Below, one piece after another: positions 11,052 through 22,730 of a stretch of DNA of 64,000 nt (positions within the stretch are counted from its first letter, which is position 1; each line of letters begins with the position of its first letter). The translations under genes were made by a program, and so were the position numbers. The notes beneath the pieces are model-generated. The model made no database searches. It was not told the DNA's origin and saw only the letters and a list, made by a program, of their open reading frames with translations. Source of the DNA: Takakia lepidozioides (Eukaryota; Plantae; Bryophyta); contig CM060731.1 of NCBI GenBank assembly GCA_030704615.1, positions 91,264,001 through 91,328,000 of the forward strand, read 5' to 3'.

Positions 11052-12692
11052 GGAACGACTGTGGGGAACAACACCTGCAAAGGGAACATGTTAGTTCACA
11101 GACGACGGTTAGTGAGGGAAACGGTTAGAACTGCGGATAGGAAGATAAAGGGAAAAACGGGGAATTGAGGGGGATCATTATTCGAGGAGGACTTCTTAGT
11201 CCGGCTGGAGCGGAGATCGAAAGCAAAAGATGGAGAGCACGGTGAAGGAGGAAAGAGGATTAGTAGATGCTTTATATGCAAAGCGGTAGTGATTTGTAGA
11301 GCAGATTAGAGACATAATGGCTTCGGCCTGATACCTGATAAATCATAATCTGATACTTACACGATACAATCACACTGTGTAGAGAGATCTGAGTGAAGCT
11401 GTGGATTGAATGGATGAGTGAAGGAAACTAATAGATTGATGAAGCAAACTAATACTTAATTATCAATGGTAAGGTAGCTAAGATGAATGCGAAAAGGGAA
11501 ACAAATAGGAAACACCCCCATGATACACTAGCTGTAGGTCATACGGGCTGAGTACTTAGAGATTTCCAACTCTTCTATCTTGGAGTTTCTGCCTCGGATA
11601 GCGAAGGGATGGGTGAGTAAAAGCCGCGCGACATTTGGCGACCATACTGGGGACCTGGGACATGAACAACCAGATGTGACAGGCATCTGGTGGGATCATG
11701 GTGGTTGGACCATTAAAGAATTTGAAGTGAATCAAATTCCCTGTGGAACGAAGAAGAAAGATTGTCCAAACAATTCTTTCAAAGGTTCTTGGAATTGCCA
11801 GACGGTTGTAAAGAAAATATTCTTAAACGAGTGCATGATGCTGATCCAGAATGGGGTCTGGAGAAAGGAGTGATAAAGATTTATCAGGTAGCCTGTAGAG
11901 GAAGAGCACGTTGGTTACCAACACTGGTTTATGTGATAGCATTGCTATCCATTAAACGAGTAGAGTTTGAAGGCTGGGAAGAAAGAAAGGTGAATGTTTA
12001 TACTCATATGCATGAAGAGCTTGTACTGGTAAAGAATTGGATTCCAAAGGATATTTTGTGGATCAAACTCACACCAAGAACAGCTTTTCAGACTTGTTTG
12101 CCATATGGTTATATGGTAACAGAGACTTCTAGTATAGCTAAGGGTGCATTGAAGCTTGAAAGAAACCCAGGCATATACGAGAGATATTACAGAAGAGAGT
12201 TTTGGTTATTGCCACATTAAAAGAAATGAAAGACATGGGACATGAGTGATGAAAGAGAAGCTAGACGACAGAGATATTCAGCAAAAAGAGAAAGCTATCT
12301 GAAAGCTAATTATCCATATCTTTGGGAGAGAGGAATAGACATAGGGGAATCATCTGGACCTCTCACACCATCAAGATCAAAGAGTGCATCACCTATACCG
12401 GAAGAACTAGAGTTGAATGCCACTCCTTCTGTTTCTTTGCAAGAAAGATTAAGGGAATTGGTACAGGAAGAAGATCAATCACGAGGTGAAAGATCTGAGG
12501 TACATCCTTGGATAAAAGACTTGACAGAAATCTTTGATAAGAGTTGGCATGGAACACCAAAAGCAGGAACTCCAGTTTCTGAAGCAGAAGATGAAGAAGG
12601 AGAAGAGGATGTGGCAGAGCCAACGGAGAGTTCAGACTCTCCAACACCATTACAGTTGAGTTACATGAGTGAAGAAGAAACCCAAGGGCAGA
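11052..12692 (+). mobile_element. Same-family copy G2: distal part of 5' LTR (11052-11633), PBS, upstream ORF and gag N-terminus, truncated at about 12692
   Basis: 11052 onward matches LTR from position 10464; LTR ends CGCGACA; internal region matches 31014-32038 (-). Confidence 0.88.
11636..11653 (+). promoter_or_regulatory. Primer binding site, tRNA-Arg-like
   Basis: TGGCGACCATACTGGGGA 2 nt after the LTR end; same sequence at 32019-32036 (-); tRNA identity assigned from recalled similarity only. Confidence 0.75.
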
Positions 12693-12693
12693 A

Positions 12694-13257
12694 CTGCTGT
12701 GTCGGCTGTGTGGGCTATGTAACCCCCCTCTACAGTGCGCTGCTGTCACCCCTAAGGTTCCTGTTTGTCTCAGTCTGTGCAAAAATTAAGGGTACCCTAC
12801 AGATCCCGTATAAGTGTCTAAGTCCCCTACAGTCCTCTAACAGTTCCCTGTCCTACTCTTCGTTCCCTATGATCGTGACAGCTGTGTCAAGCTGTGACTG
12901 GCTGTGTGAAACTGTGACGGGCTGTGACTGGCTGTGCGACTGTGTTTGGCTGTGTTGGCTGTGTGGGCTGTGTGACGACTGTGACGGGCTGTGTGTGGCT
13001 GTGTGGGCTGTGACGACTGTGACGGGCTGTGTGGGCTGTGACGACTGTGACGGCTGTGTGGGCTGTGACGACTGTGACGGGCTGTGTGGCTGTGTGTGTG
13101 TGTGTGACGACTGTGACGGGCTGTGTGGGCTGTGTGACCCCCCTCTACAGTGCGCTGCTGTCACCCCTAAGGCTCCTGTTGGTCTCAGTCTGTGCAAAAA
13201 TTAAGGGTACCCTACAGATCCCGTATAAGTGTCTAAGTCCCCTACAGTCCTCTAACA
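12694..13257 (-). repeat. Inverted LTR junction: proximal part of G2 5' LTR (13257-12843, ending GGAAC) followed by first ~149 bp of G1 5' LTR (12842-12694)
   Basis: Two minus-strand TGTTAGAGG starts at 13257 and 12842; gttcc at 12843-12847 is the reverse complement of GGAAC. Confidence 0.88.
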
Positions 13258-13450
13258 GTTTCTCGTCAGAGAAGAACTCCGCTTCAGAGGAAGCCATCTT
13301 GTCTCATCTCGTAGGATGATCCCTTCCTTTTGCGGCACTTCAGTGAAATCTGTTGACTCAGGTCTCCAAAACACTGGAGAAGCATGCGCAGAGGAAATCG
13401 CGGAGGAAGTGCACACGATGATTGTGCACATTCTGTTATTCCTTGCCTCT
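13258..13450 (-). pseudogene. 5' leader and first codons of a GCM-MULE transposase copy, interrupted by the G2 LTR
   Basis: Reverse complement agatggcttcctctgaagcggagttcttctctgacgagaaac matches 34469-34510; upstream leader matches about 34330-34430. Confidence 0.75.
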
Positions 13451-14780
13451 GGCAAGCTCTACCTGCCCACTAACGTTCATCCACGTGGATGAACCGTACA
13501 AACTGCTTTCTACTTACCAAATGCACAAGCCCCCCCAAATTTGGGGAGATTCCACCGTGTTGTTAGGGAGATTATAACATTTGAAGACGGTGCATTGTTT
13601 TGAATATGGAAAAAACAAAGCAAAAGTTCATGTTTGACCAAGCAAATTATCCATGATCCCAAATTTTCCTGGGAGAAAAAGTGCTATATTCCTGTGAAGT
13701 GCACAATCCCAAACCCTCACACCAAAGTTCACCCCAATCTGCTAAAATGAAAGGGGGGGTGCTTTGTATGTGACTGGAATGGGGGTCCCAAAAGAGAATT
13801 TGCAAAGGAAATGGTATAGGCCCCATTGGGACCCCAAATTCTCCTTCATTTGGGAATTCCAACAGTCAGTCCCTTATAGGCCAAGAACTACACAAGCCTG
13901 CCCAAGAATTTCCCCAAAATTCCCTAAATTGCATTTGGGATGTGGGATTTTGTGAAATTTTCGGCCTCCTCGAGGTCAGGCAGTCAGTGGCCGGATATTT
14001 GCCTGAATCCGGCGACGTTTTCCGGGCCACGTCGAGGTTCCCCATTATTTGCCGGGGCCCGACTCCAACCCCTGCATTGCCCCCCGCCCCCGCCGCAAAA
14101 TCCCACCCGCGTGGCCGCTGCCACTTGCCACGTTGACGGTCAACTGCCGTGCCCCCCGCCCTCCACCCAAAATCCTACAATTTCCAAACTTCAAAAAATT
14201 CCTGACGGCTGAGTTTTTCTCTGTTAGGGGCGCCATAAAGACTTGCGTGTGCAGCTTGTTCCGCGCTACATTTTTTGTTCAAGCCGCTTGTTCATCGGAC
14301 TTCATCCGTGCATGCTACGGATGGATGAAAAATTGGGCCGACCCGATTCGGGTTGGCTCGTCGTTTAGGGGTTAATAACAGTATGATTGATCATGCGCAC
14401 TTAGAAAGTCCACACTTTGAAACGAAAGTGGGGGAGGCTTACAATGATGAGAGTGGATGATATCCAGAAATTTGTCAACAATTACTCGTTTACTTACATA
14501 CATTGGTCTGAGTTTGTGCGCCAGATGGCCCCATATTTTTTGTGCCATAGTGCCATGGTTCTGATGGCATAGCCATTGTCTAAGTTTGTGCGCCAGTTGG
14601 CTTCATAGTTTCAACATAGGCATATTCCAGATAATTCTCTAGGAGCAGTCAGACCAACTAATTTTTGATTTGTAATGTACTGACGTTGTTATATTCAATT
14701 AATGAAACCCTTCAAAAAAATAACACGTGGTTCATTTTGGGCGACACACGTCAAGCTTCGAAAACTACATTGCAGACGAA

Positions 14781-14921
14781 GTAGCTACGGCGTGAGCCTA
14801 GCCGCGTGAGCCCAGGAGCTCGGCTCGTGCTTTGCCCTCTAAGCGTGAGCCCAGGGTCTAGAGGAGGGAGAAGCAAGTCCTATAACCGAGGACAGGGTTT
14901 AGAGGGGGTCTTATTACCGTG
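14781..14921 (+). repeat. Terminal (TIR-like) sequence of the MULE-like family
   Basis: Imperfect inverted copy of 56167-56300 (first 20 bp 19/20 identical; ggagaagca.gtcctata and tattaccgtgg blocks conserved). Confidence 0.75.
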
Positions 14922-15325
14922 GAAGCGTATATTTTGGAAGAAGAGGTGAACACGACAAAACTTCCAAACACGGCAAACACGGCAATATACGACAGACACG
15001 ACATATTGAGTCCCATTTACAAGCATGACGATCGACCCAATTCCCCCAGCCCTACTTCGTCAACCCCAAGCACTCCCACCCCAAGCACTTCACGTAGCTA
15101 GTCCCACCTCCACTAGCCCCAAGCGCTCCACCTTGAATACAAGCCCCAAGCTACGATCCCACTTGGCCCCACTCTCACCAAGCCCCAACCTTCTTTGGTC
15201 ACTGTTTTTAAGTATACTACTGCAGCAGCCACACCCACTAGTGAGTTGCTTTTCAATCCACCAACAATAGTAGAACTCTCTAGAAAGTCAACTAGTGAAC
15301 TAGGAAAGATGGCTATACCAACTCT

Positions 15326-16192
15326 GGCCGGGCGAGTAGTGGGTTTAGCGGGTTCTGGACCTAGCTGGCGGGTTCGGGTCCGGTTTTAAAATGAACCCGG
15401 GTCAGGGTCCGAGTTTTTGGTGATGGCACGGGTCCAGATCCGGATAGATAACCCGGACCCTAACCAGGGTTTTTTTAGGGATTTTGAAAAGGGGTAGGAG
15501 TGGCTATATATATTGGGTGTAGGGTAGTGGCCCACTCTAGGTAATTTTCCTCGAATTGGTAGGCTACATGTATTTCTACCCTTGCCATATTTTGCGAATC
15601 AAATGGATGTTGATGAGCAATAGAAGGTGAAGTATAGAAATAGTTGAAAGCCATAGGACGAATGGAACTCTTTCTATGTGAAAACCAAGGCTAATTGGTA
15701 CAAATGAGGTGTATAGTTCTCGCAAGACTAGCGACGAGCATCTCCTTGGGAAACGGAGGAGGCCCCACAATCCTGAACCTACTCCTCATTTGGCCCGTCA
15801 GATCATCTTGCATGGGGCCCGCCATGGCTACATCTATGCTGTTGCCCCCGTGGGTCCACAGACGAGGACCTTTTGAGACCCCCAATTTTTGGCGAAAATT
15901 GCCTTATTTGGACCTTTTTTTCCCTTTGTTTCATTCGCCAAGGGGATTTTCAGGCGGCCAAATGGCAAAAAATCGCCAATAAAAAAAACGCTGACCCTAA
16001 CCCACTGGTACTCGGGGTGAAAATCCGGACCCGCACAACACTGTCATCGATGTCGTCAATGATCATCCTGAAATCATGATCATGAAAAAATTGAGTGTGT
16101 TGACGCACTCAGTTCTCACCGGGGGGGGGGGGGGGTTTCCCCCCCAAAAAAACCCGCCAGGTACCCGGGGTGAAAATCCGGACCCGCACAAC
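15326..16192. mobile_element. Possible non-autonomous hAT-like relic(s)
   Basis: Clustered ccggaccc/gggtccgg motifs; end ...cgcacaacactg (CAGTGTTG-type terminus) at about 16043; motif ggggtgaaaatccggacccgcacaac repeated at 16014 and 16167. Confidence 0.35.
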
Positions 16193-17194
16193 CGGGTGTA
16201 CACAATGATCACCTCGACATTTGCTGTTCACGATAGGGCGTACGACATCACTGTTTAAAATTTCCCCAATTGCACCTGTCTTGATTTTGTTGGGATGCTA
16301 TCAATCAGTTTGGGTATTCGTACCCTGCAAATATTTGTACTTCATCTTCGTGAAGATGATGGTTTGTGATCCCAAACGTGACAATTTCATCCACCATGCA
16401 ACAATGAGTTTCAACGAGATCAATACTCTCTTGCAACGGGATACAAGCACATAGGTAGATGACTTGTTGTTTCTAGAATGTGGTGAATGTTCAATCCGGT
16501 ATCGCAAATCTGAATTCAGGTTGGTTTCGACTGTGAGTATGCAAAGGGTACAACCATGATGTGTAATGTGTAGTTGGAACATTGTCACTATAAAACATTT
16601 CAATTCAATAGCAGCATTCGTGAGGTTGTTGAATGATATGGCAGGCCTTCTCCCTCCATTATGCTTCCAATTGTATAATATGTGTGCTCTATTTGGAGCT
16701 CATGCATCATTGGTCCTGTGGATGTCTGCATGTTATCCGAATTGTCAATGTTATTTGGGAAGGGTCGGGGTGTTCATATGTCGTCATGTATGCCACTGAA
16801 TTTGTGAGGTTAGTTTGTCGTCCATGTAATTGTAATTGTCAAAATTACAGTATTAATTTCACTTATTGTGGAATGGACGCCACAGTTGTGGGCTTATTTC
16901 CCGTTTCGGGTGTTTCATGGTGGTCTTCATGTTATTCACCAAATTATTGCCCAAGTTAATCCCACGGTCATAGGACCCTCGGGAATAGGCTCCTTATGTT
17001 TTCGCTGACATGGCGGATGCTGACGTGGTGCCACATCAGCACCCAACTCTATGTCAGCTTGCTGACATCAGGCTCACGCCACGTCAGCATGACTGTGGGC
17101 TCACGCCACCTCAGCAGTCGTGAGCGTACGCTCACGCCACGTCACCAATGTGTGAGCGTATGCCCACGCGCAAGGCTCATGCCGTTGCGTCGTT
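16192..17194 (+). mobile_element. 3' remnant of GCM-MULE element: SWIM-coding end plus terminus
   Basis: YDITV*NFPNCTC..PCKYLYFIF..FIHHATMSFNE matches 37700-37975; 16958-17194 matches 38378-38616, ending ttgcgtcgtt. Confidence 0.85.
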
Positions 17195-17844
17195 GGGGGG
17201 GGGGGGGGGGGGGCCGGATGACCCACATCATCCACTTAGTTGAGGTTGGATGGATGAGGAGGGGATCGACAGTTCGGGGGAGTGCCACGTGGCTGGAGAT
17301 GGGGTGGGGGATCAATGCAGTGAGGGGATCCACAGCGGGGGGCTGCCACGTGGCTGGAGATCGGGCGGGGTTTGTGGGGCGCCGCGTGGCCAGCGGTGGG
17401 GGCGAGGGTTGGGCGGGCGGGCGGGCAGGGGTGAGGGGGGCGCGGGGAGCAGCGGGGCCGGGGCAGTGGGCGGAGGGGTCGGAGGGGGGTGGGGGTGATT
17501 TGACATGGGGCGTCCAGCTCGCCGACGAAGCTGCCGGAGCAGGGTTTCCCTGGCTGTACCTCGTGGGCCGTACCGGTCAGCTCACACGCTTGCAATAAAA
17601 TCAAGCCACATCCATATTGGGACCGGGAAATAATATATAGTCTCTTCTTTCATTTTTTCATTTTTCTCTTAAAAAAGAAATTTAAAGGGAAACAGCTGGG
17701 AGCGACAACCTGCTCACAAATCAGGCCCCTTGATGAGAAAATAAGAGTGAGAGGAGAAAATAACCTCTTTCACAGTAACCGTGCCATGGAGGCTGAGAAA
17801 TGGAACACCGCCCAGAGAAGGGGGAGAAGAGTATACCACACCCG

Positions 17845-17917
17845 TCAAGTAGCAGGATTTGATCCCAGAATCATCTGGGTGGCACTCAGTGCACTTTACC
17901 AACTGAGCTACTGACTG
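17845..17917 (-). repeat. Degenerate tRNA-derived sequence (SINE head or pseudo-tRNA)
   Basis: Minus strand tagctcagttggtaaagtg (A box) ... gggatcaaatcc (B-box-like); stems imperfect. Confidence 0.4.
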
Positions 17918-18571
17918 TTGGTCTTTCTCTTTATAGTCTCTTCTTTCCTTCTGTGCCTTTGTGAATCATGAGACAAATTTTGATTGGATTTGGGTCCGGA
18001 TGTTTTGTTCATTCGGTCCTCTTAATTTCTTGTCAATAAGCTCATTGAGTTACCGGTGGAAAAAAATATAGTCTCTTCTTTCCTTCTTTCTCTAGAATGC
18101 TTTAGTCCACCATAATGTAGAAAGTAGAAAGTATCTATTTACGGTGGCCAGTGTGCACGTAGGTATGTTATGTACTTGAAAATACTGTAGTGAGATCGGC
18201 CTTGCTCATTACTAAGCACCGCTCTCTTCTTCGCCGTTAGTATGCTGTTACTTAATCATTCTTCGGTGTTGAGGGTTGCATATTTAGTCTCCCACCCTGT
18301 AGTTGGTTGTATCTTAATTCCATGCAGAGCGCATTAGGCTTGCTAGATCTGTGACTTGGATATGAATAAAGGTCTAGACAACCCCCACACCCCACCAATG
18401 CAACAAAACCATGTCATGCTCCAAAAAATGGCAAACCGTTCAACCAAAATGAATAACCCAGTCTGCAGTGTACTCTATGATCATCCACCCCCAACCAAGA
18501 CAACGAAAACAAAACGCAGATAGCCCAACAATGCATACCCGACCCGAACAACAAATAGACACTTACACTGT

Positions 18572-18609
<38 letters not shown>

Positions 18610-18610
<1 letters not shown>

Positions 18611-19749
18611 TACGACGCCCCTGGCGTCGGTAATCGTGCATTTCGAGCCCATAGAAAACACAAATTTACAACCCCTCAGGCGTCGCTATGAGGCGGTTGC
18701 AGATTTCGGACTTGAGGCGACGCCCGGGGGGTCACAGATGCAACCCCTTCTGAAAATTCCCGCTAGCGACGCGCAGGGGTCGCAATGATTGCGACTCTCG
18801 GGGTGTCGCTATAGCCATACAGGAGGGGGAAAAAAAAAGAAAAAAAAAGAAAAAAAAAATGACGTTTTTTAAATGCGACGCCCTCGGGGTCGCTGTTTGG
18901 GAGCGATGCCCTGGGCGTCGCTTTTGAGGTCTTTTTGAATTTTGGATTTTGAAAAATGGCGGGATCTACACGGTTCAAAAAAAGGCGGGAGTGCACATGG
19001 TTAAAAAAATGGCGGGACATACACTTGCCACGTAGTGTCAAACCTAACCCTTGAACATGTTTTTGCAAGTAGCCGACACATATCGAGTTCCTAATTCATT
19101 CAACGTGTTGTTAGGCAAATTTGAACTCAAGACCTCTAGATTAAATACACATAGTAAGACACTTCACACTAACAGACATATCAATTACTGAACTTACACA
19201 CAAACTCATGATTTAATTGTACATCAGGTAGTTCATGCGTCTCTTAGGCTCATCGCGATCTTAAAGCGACACTCCTCGCGTCGCTTAAATGTAAGCTTTT
19301 CCTGCACCATCTACTGTAGAAAACAAAAAATGATCAAGTCATTTTTGGCGTTGCTACAAATGACTTATACAAAAAAAAAAACTCAAAAGTGACGCTTAGG
19401 GCGTCGCTAAAAATGACTAATCAAAAAAAAAAACTCAAAAAATGTGACGTTTTTTTTGGTTTTTTTTGTCGGGGTGCCAGAAGCGACGCCCTGGGTGTCG
19501 CAAAGTCGTCGCAACCTCACAACCGACGCCCTCGGCGTCACACAAGGGGCCGACCCCTAGTGCGTCGCAGCCCAGCTGCGACGGTTGTTCGTTTTATTTT
19601 AGTCCATTGTGACGCTTGAGGCGTCGTAATGGAAGACTTGGTAAAAATCCACAAAAACGTGGATTTTGGCAGTGTGTCTGCGACGCCCAGGGCGTCGCAA
19701 GATGGGGACGCGGCGGGGGCATCACTAACCCCTCTTTTTTCCTGTAGTG
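18610..19749. mobile_element. Non-autonomous CACTA/EnSpm element; only the right terminus is recognisable
   Basis: Ends tttttcctgtagtg (reverse complement CACTACAGGAAAAA); about 14 subterminal palindromes of consensus GCGACGCC-N3-GGCGTCGC. Confidence 0.72.
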
Positions 19750-19971
19750 AGAAGAGCCCAACTCATGAAATCTGGAAATCCCATTGTTCATCAAAACACA
19801 AAGGCATAACCAACTTACACACATGGCACACTCCATATGAAAACCCTTTCCGAGGAACAAATCTCACAACGGTGAGATGACAACCATTACACAGACAACC
19901 CCACAAATTGCTAGATACACTCACAAGCAGAATTCAGGAAAAATCTGAAATTATGTAGACAACTAGCTTGC

Positions 19972-20824
19972 CTATACACACTGGAGCTCCCTCCAACATG
20001 CACCAAGACATAGAAATGAATCTTGGCATTGGGGACAGTAGGGATGCGTACGACGACATTGGCAAACCACGCACAAACGGCGAATGGTGGAGTGTAACGT
20101 CTGGTGCTCATCTGAAGCACGTGGCACTTAGATAGTCGTCGTTTCCAATGTCGCCCAAGTGCTTGCTGTAAGTGAAGGAGAAACAAAACTCCAGGTGAGA
20201 CAGAGCTCGCACGCACATGCAATTCAGGGCGGGTACATGCAATATATATGAATTCACCATAGTGGTATCAAGAAGGAAAAAAAAACCCTATGCCACTAAT
20301 TGTGGGTTTTGAGCTGCATATTACAAGCTCATCTGAGCTGGTTTTCTACGTCCACACCGCGCATGTATGTTTGATATTGCACATGTATTGGCACAAACAG
20401 CACCGAGACCCTAACATTCCCACAAATCGCAACACACTCACAGGTGAATTTGGGCCCGATGTTGGCCGAGCCGATGATGACACCATGAACACTCCCTTCT
20501 TGTCCCATGCCACCAGAGACATATAGCAAGCTGCATCTCTTTGAATTGCAGTCAAGCATGTCAAGAAATGAGGCAATCCTTTTCTATTCAACCTTATTGT
20601 CCCAGTGGCTCAGGTCTTTTTCAAAGCCAAGTTATACAACAATTGGAGAGAAGTGAAGTAACTCACTGATCATTGTGTGTCCCTGCCATGCAATCCGGAC
20701 ACTAGATGAGTTACTACATCATAGCCCTCTCCTTTGCCCGACTTCTATTTCTTGCCAAGGGATCCATCCATTTTTCCCACAATACACATCGAAATCGCTA
20801 ACATAGCTAGTTACATAATTGGGT
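19972..20824 (-). pseudogene. Degenerate piggyBac-like transposase, C-terminal half
   Basis: Ordered motifs across frames: TSYVSDFDVYCGK, SYFTSLQLL, ATGTIRLNRKGLP, YQTYMRGVDVENQLR, WHRVFFFLLDTTMVNSYIL, and C-terminal RRLCVVCQCRRTHPYCPQCQDSFLCLGAC. Confidence 0.8.
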
Positions 20825-21927
20825 CCATAACTTGGTGGGCACTGACCATGAGCAAGGTAGTATCTGATTGGCCACTACCAATCTAACCAGTCCTCTGCAC
20901 TTCCCTACACCTCCACTGCAAATAGACTCGCATCTGGTAATTGATCATCTACTCCCGTGGCTGGTTCTCCTGTTGGTAACCGTGACAAGTGATCCACCCT
21001 AAGATGCAGCCTCCCAGGCTTGTAAACAACCTCGAACTCAAACTCGTGCAAGATTATCAACCATCTTGCTATTCTTCCGCTTATCAGAGGTTTGTTTACC
21101 AGGTATATCAGAGCCCGGTGATCCACATAGAACATAAACTTCTTGCCCAACAGGTAATGCCTGAATTTCTTCACTGCATAGATCATTGTCAATGCTTCTC
21201 TTTCTGTTGTGCTATAATTTCTTTCGGCATTGTTCATCAATCGGCTAGCATAGTACACAGGTGAATCTATCCTTCCTGTAACATTTTGGGCTAACACTAC
21301 TCATAGTGCTTCTCCAGAAGCATCACAGTGAACATGAAATATTTCCTGCCAGTGAGGATTAATCAGCACAGGTGTAGTTGTTACTGACAATGTAAGTTCC
21401 TCAAAAGCCTGTTGACATTCAGGTGTCCATGCAAACACTGCATCTTTCTTCAGAAGTTTGCTCAATGGTGCTGCTATCTGTGCATACCGTCTAACAAATC
21501 TTCTGTAATAGCAGGTTTGTCCAAGGAATCCCCTTAGACTCTTAACATTCACTGGTGGTGGAGAGGCTTTAATGGCCTCTGTTTTCCTGGGATCCACAAG
21601 AAGTCCCCTCTTACACACAATGTGTCCCAGAAGCACGCCTGAGTTCACACAGAAAGTACATTTCTCTGGATTCAGGCCAGACCTCTCATCCTGCATCTGG
21701 CCAGACATAACTCCAATTTATGCAAGTGCTCATTCTTAGAGTTGTACACACTGAAATCATCCAAGAACACTTGCATGAAATCATCCAGATATTCATGAAA
21801 AGATTCACTTATCACTCTCTGAAAGGTTGCTGGTGCATTACAAAGTCCAAAGGGCATGACTTTGTATGCATAAGCACCCCAGTCTGTGATGAAAGCTGCA
21901 CTTGCACTTGATTATAACCACTGAAGC

Positions 21928-22675
21928 TGTCGCGGCCCTTTGCCTTGAGGGCAGGGGGTCGGGACACATCAGGGGCTGCCCCTGTGGTGGGGGCAGCGGC
22001 AGCGATAGGTATGGGGGGGCTGAGGCACCCTTGAGTGCCCAAGGCACTCAGGGAAGCGGAGGCGCTCACTAGGTGAAGCCCCGCACACCGGGTTGCGGTG
22101 GGGGTGGCTCCACAAGCGGTGGGGTTGGCTCCACAAGGGGTGGTGGTAGCTTAGTGGGACTTAGTGGGGGTGGCATAGGACTCACCATGGGGGCGGAGAC
22201 CTCGTGGTGGGAGTCGTGGGGAGTCTTGGGACTCATCACGGTCCATAGGGGCCGTGGTGAGCGGGCCAAGACTCACCGCGACTCACCACCGGGAGTCGAG
22301 GGTTTTCGTGGTGGTTCGCCATAAAATGGCATGGCTGGTTGTGGAACCCCCGCGGACAGCTACAGAAGTATATATAGGGAGTAGTAACCCCGAGAACGGT
22401 GCAAGCCCGTTGGTGACCAAAAACTAGTGAGTAAGCGAGCGAGCCGGAAAGCGACCAAAGAGTGGGGAGCTGTTCCGGACTGCCATCTACCAAAGGGAAT
22501 TCTCCTAGTCCCAAGAGGTGGAGGGTTTAGAAGGAAGCGAAGGGGGGACCGTTATGTCCCGGTGAGCAGCCGAAGCTCCAAGTTGGCCCGGGCGGCCAGG
22601 TTGGGAGTCAGGCGCGCGCATCAAAGCGAGTAACTATGACTTGAAGGGGAGCTTACCGAAGTGAGGTGCGCGACA
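21928..22675 (+). repeat. Chromovirus 5' LTR (748 bp)
   Basis: TGTCGCGG...GCGCGACA; followed by the PBS. Confidence 0.95.
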
Positions 22676-22677
22676 TT

Positions 22678-22689
22678 TGGTATCAGAGC
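22678..22689 (+). promoter_or_regulatory. PBS complementary to initiator tRNA-Met
   Basis: TGGTATCAGAGC. Confidence 0.93.
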
Positions 22690-22730
22690 TTAGAGTTCAG
22701 TACGCGATCGTCCTTGGGATTGGCCTCATC

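Noticed and set aside
12242-13204. 320-aa ORF with Cys-rich C-terminus
   Set aside because: Chimera: gag N-terminus reading across the inversion breakpoint into antisense LTR low-complexity repeat.
16996-17604. Gly/Pro-rich ORFs
   Set aside because: Arise from the element terminus plus a GC-skewed tract with poly-G; compositionally open frames.
17845-17917. Functional tRNA gene
   Set aside because: A/B-box-like motifs only; acceptor, anticodon and T stems do not pair properly.
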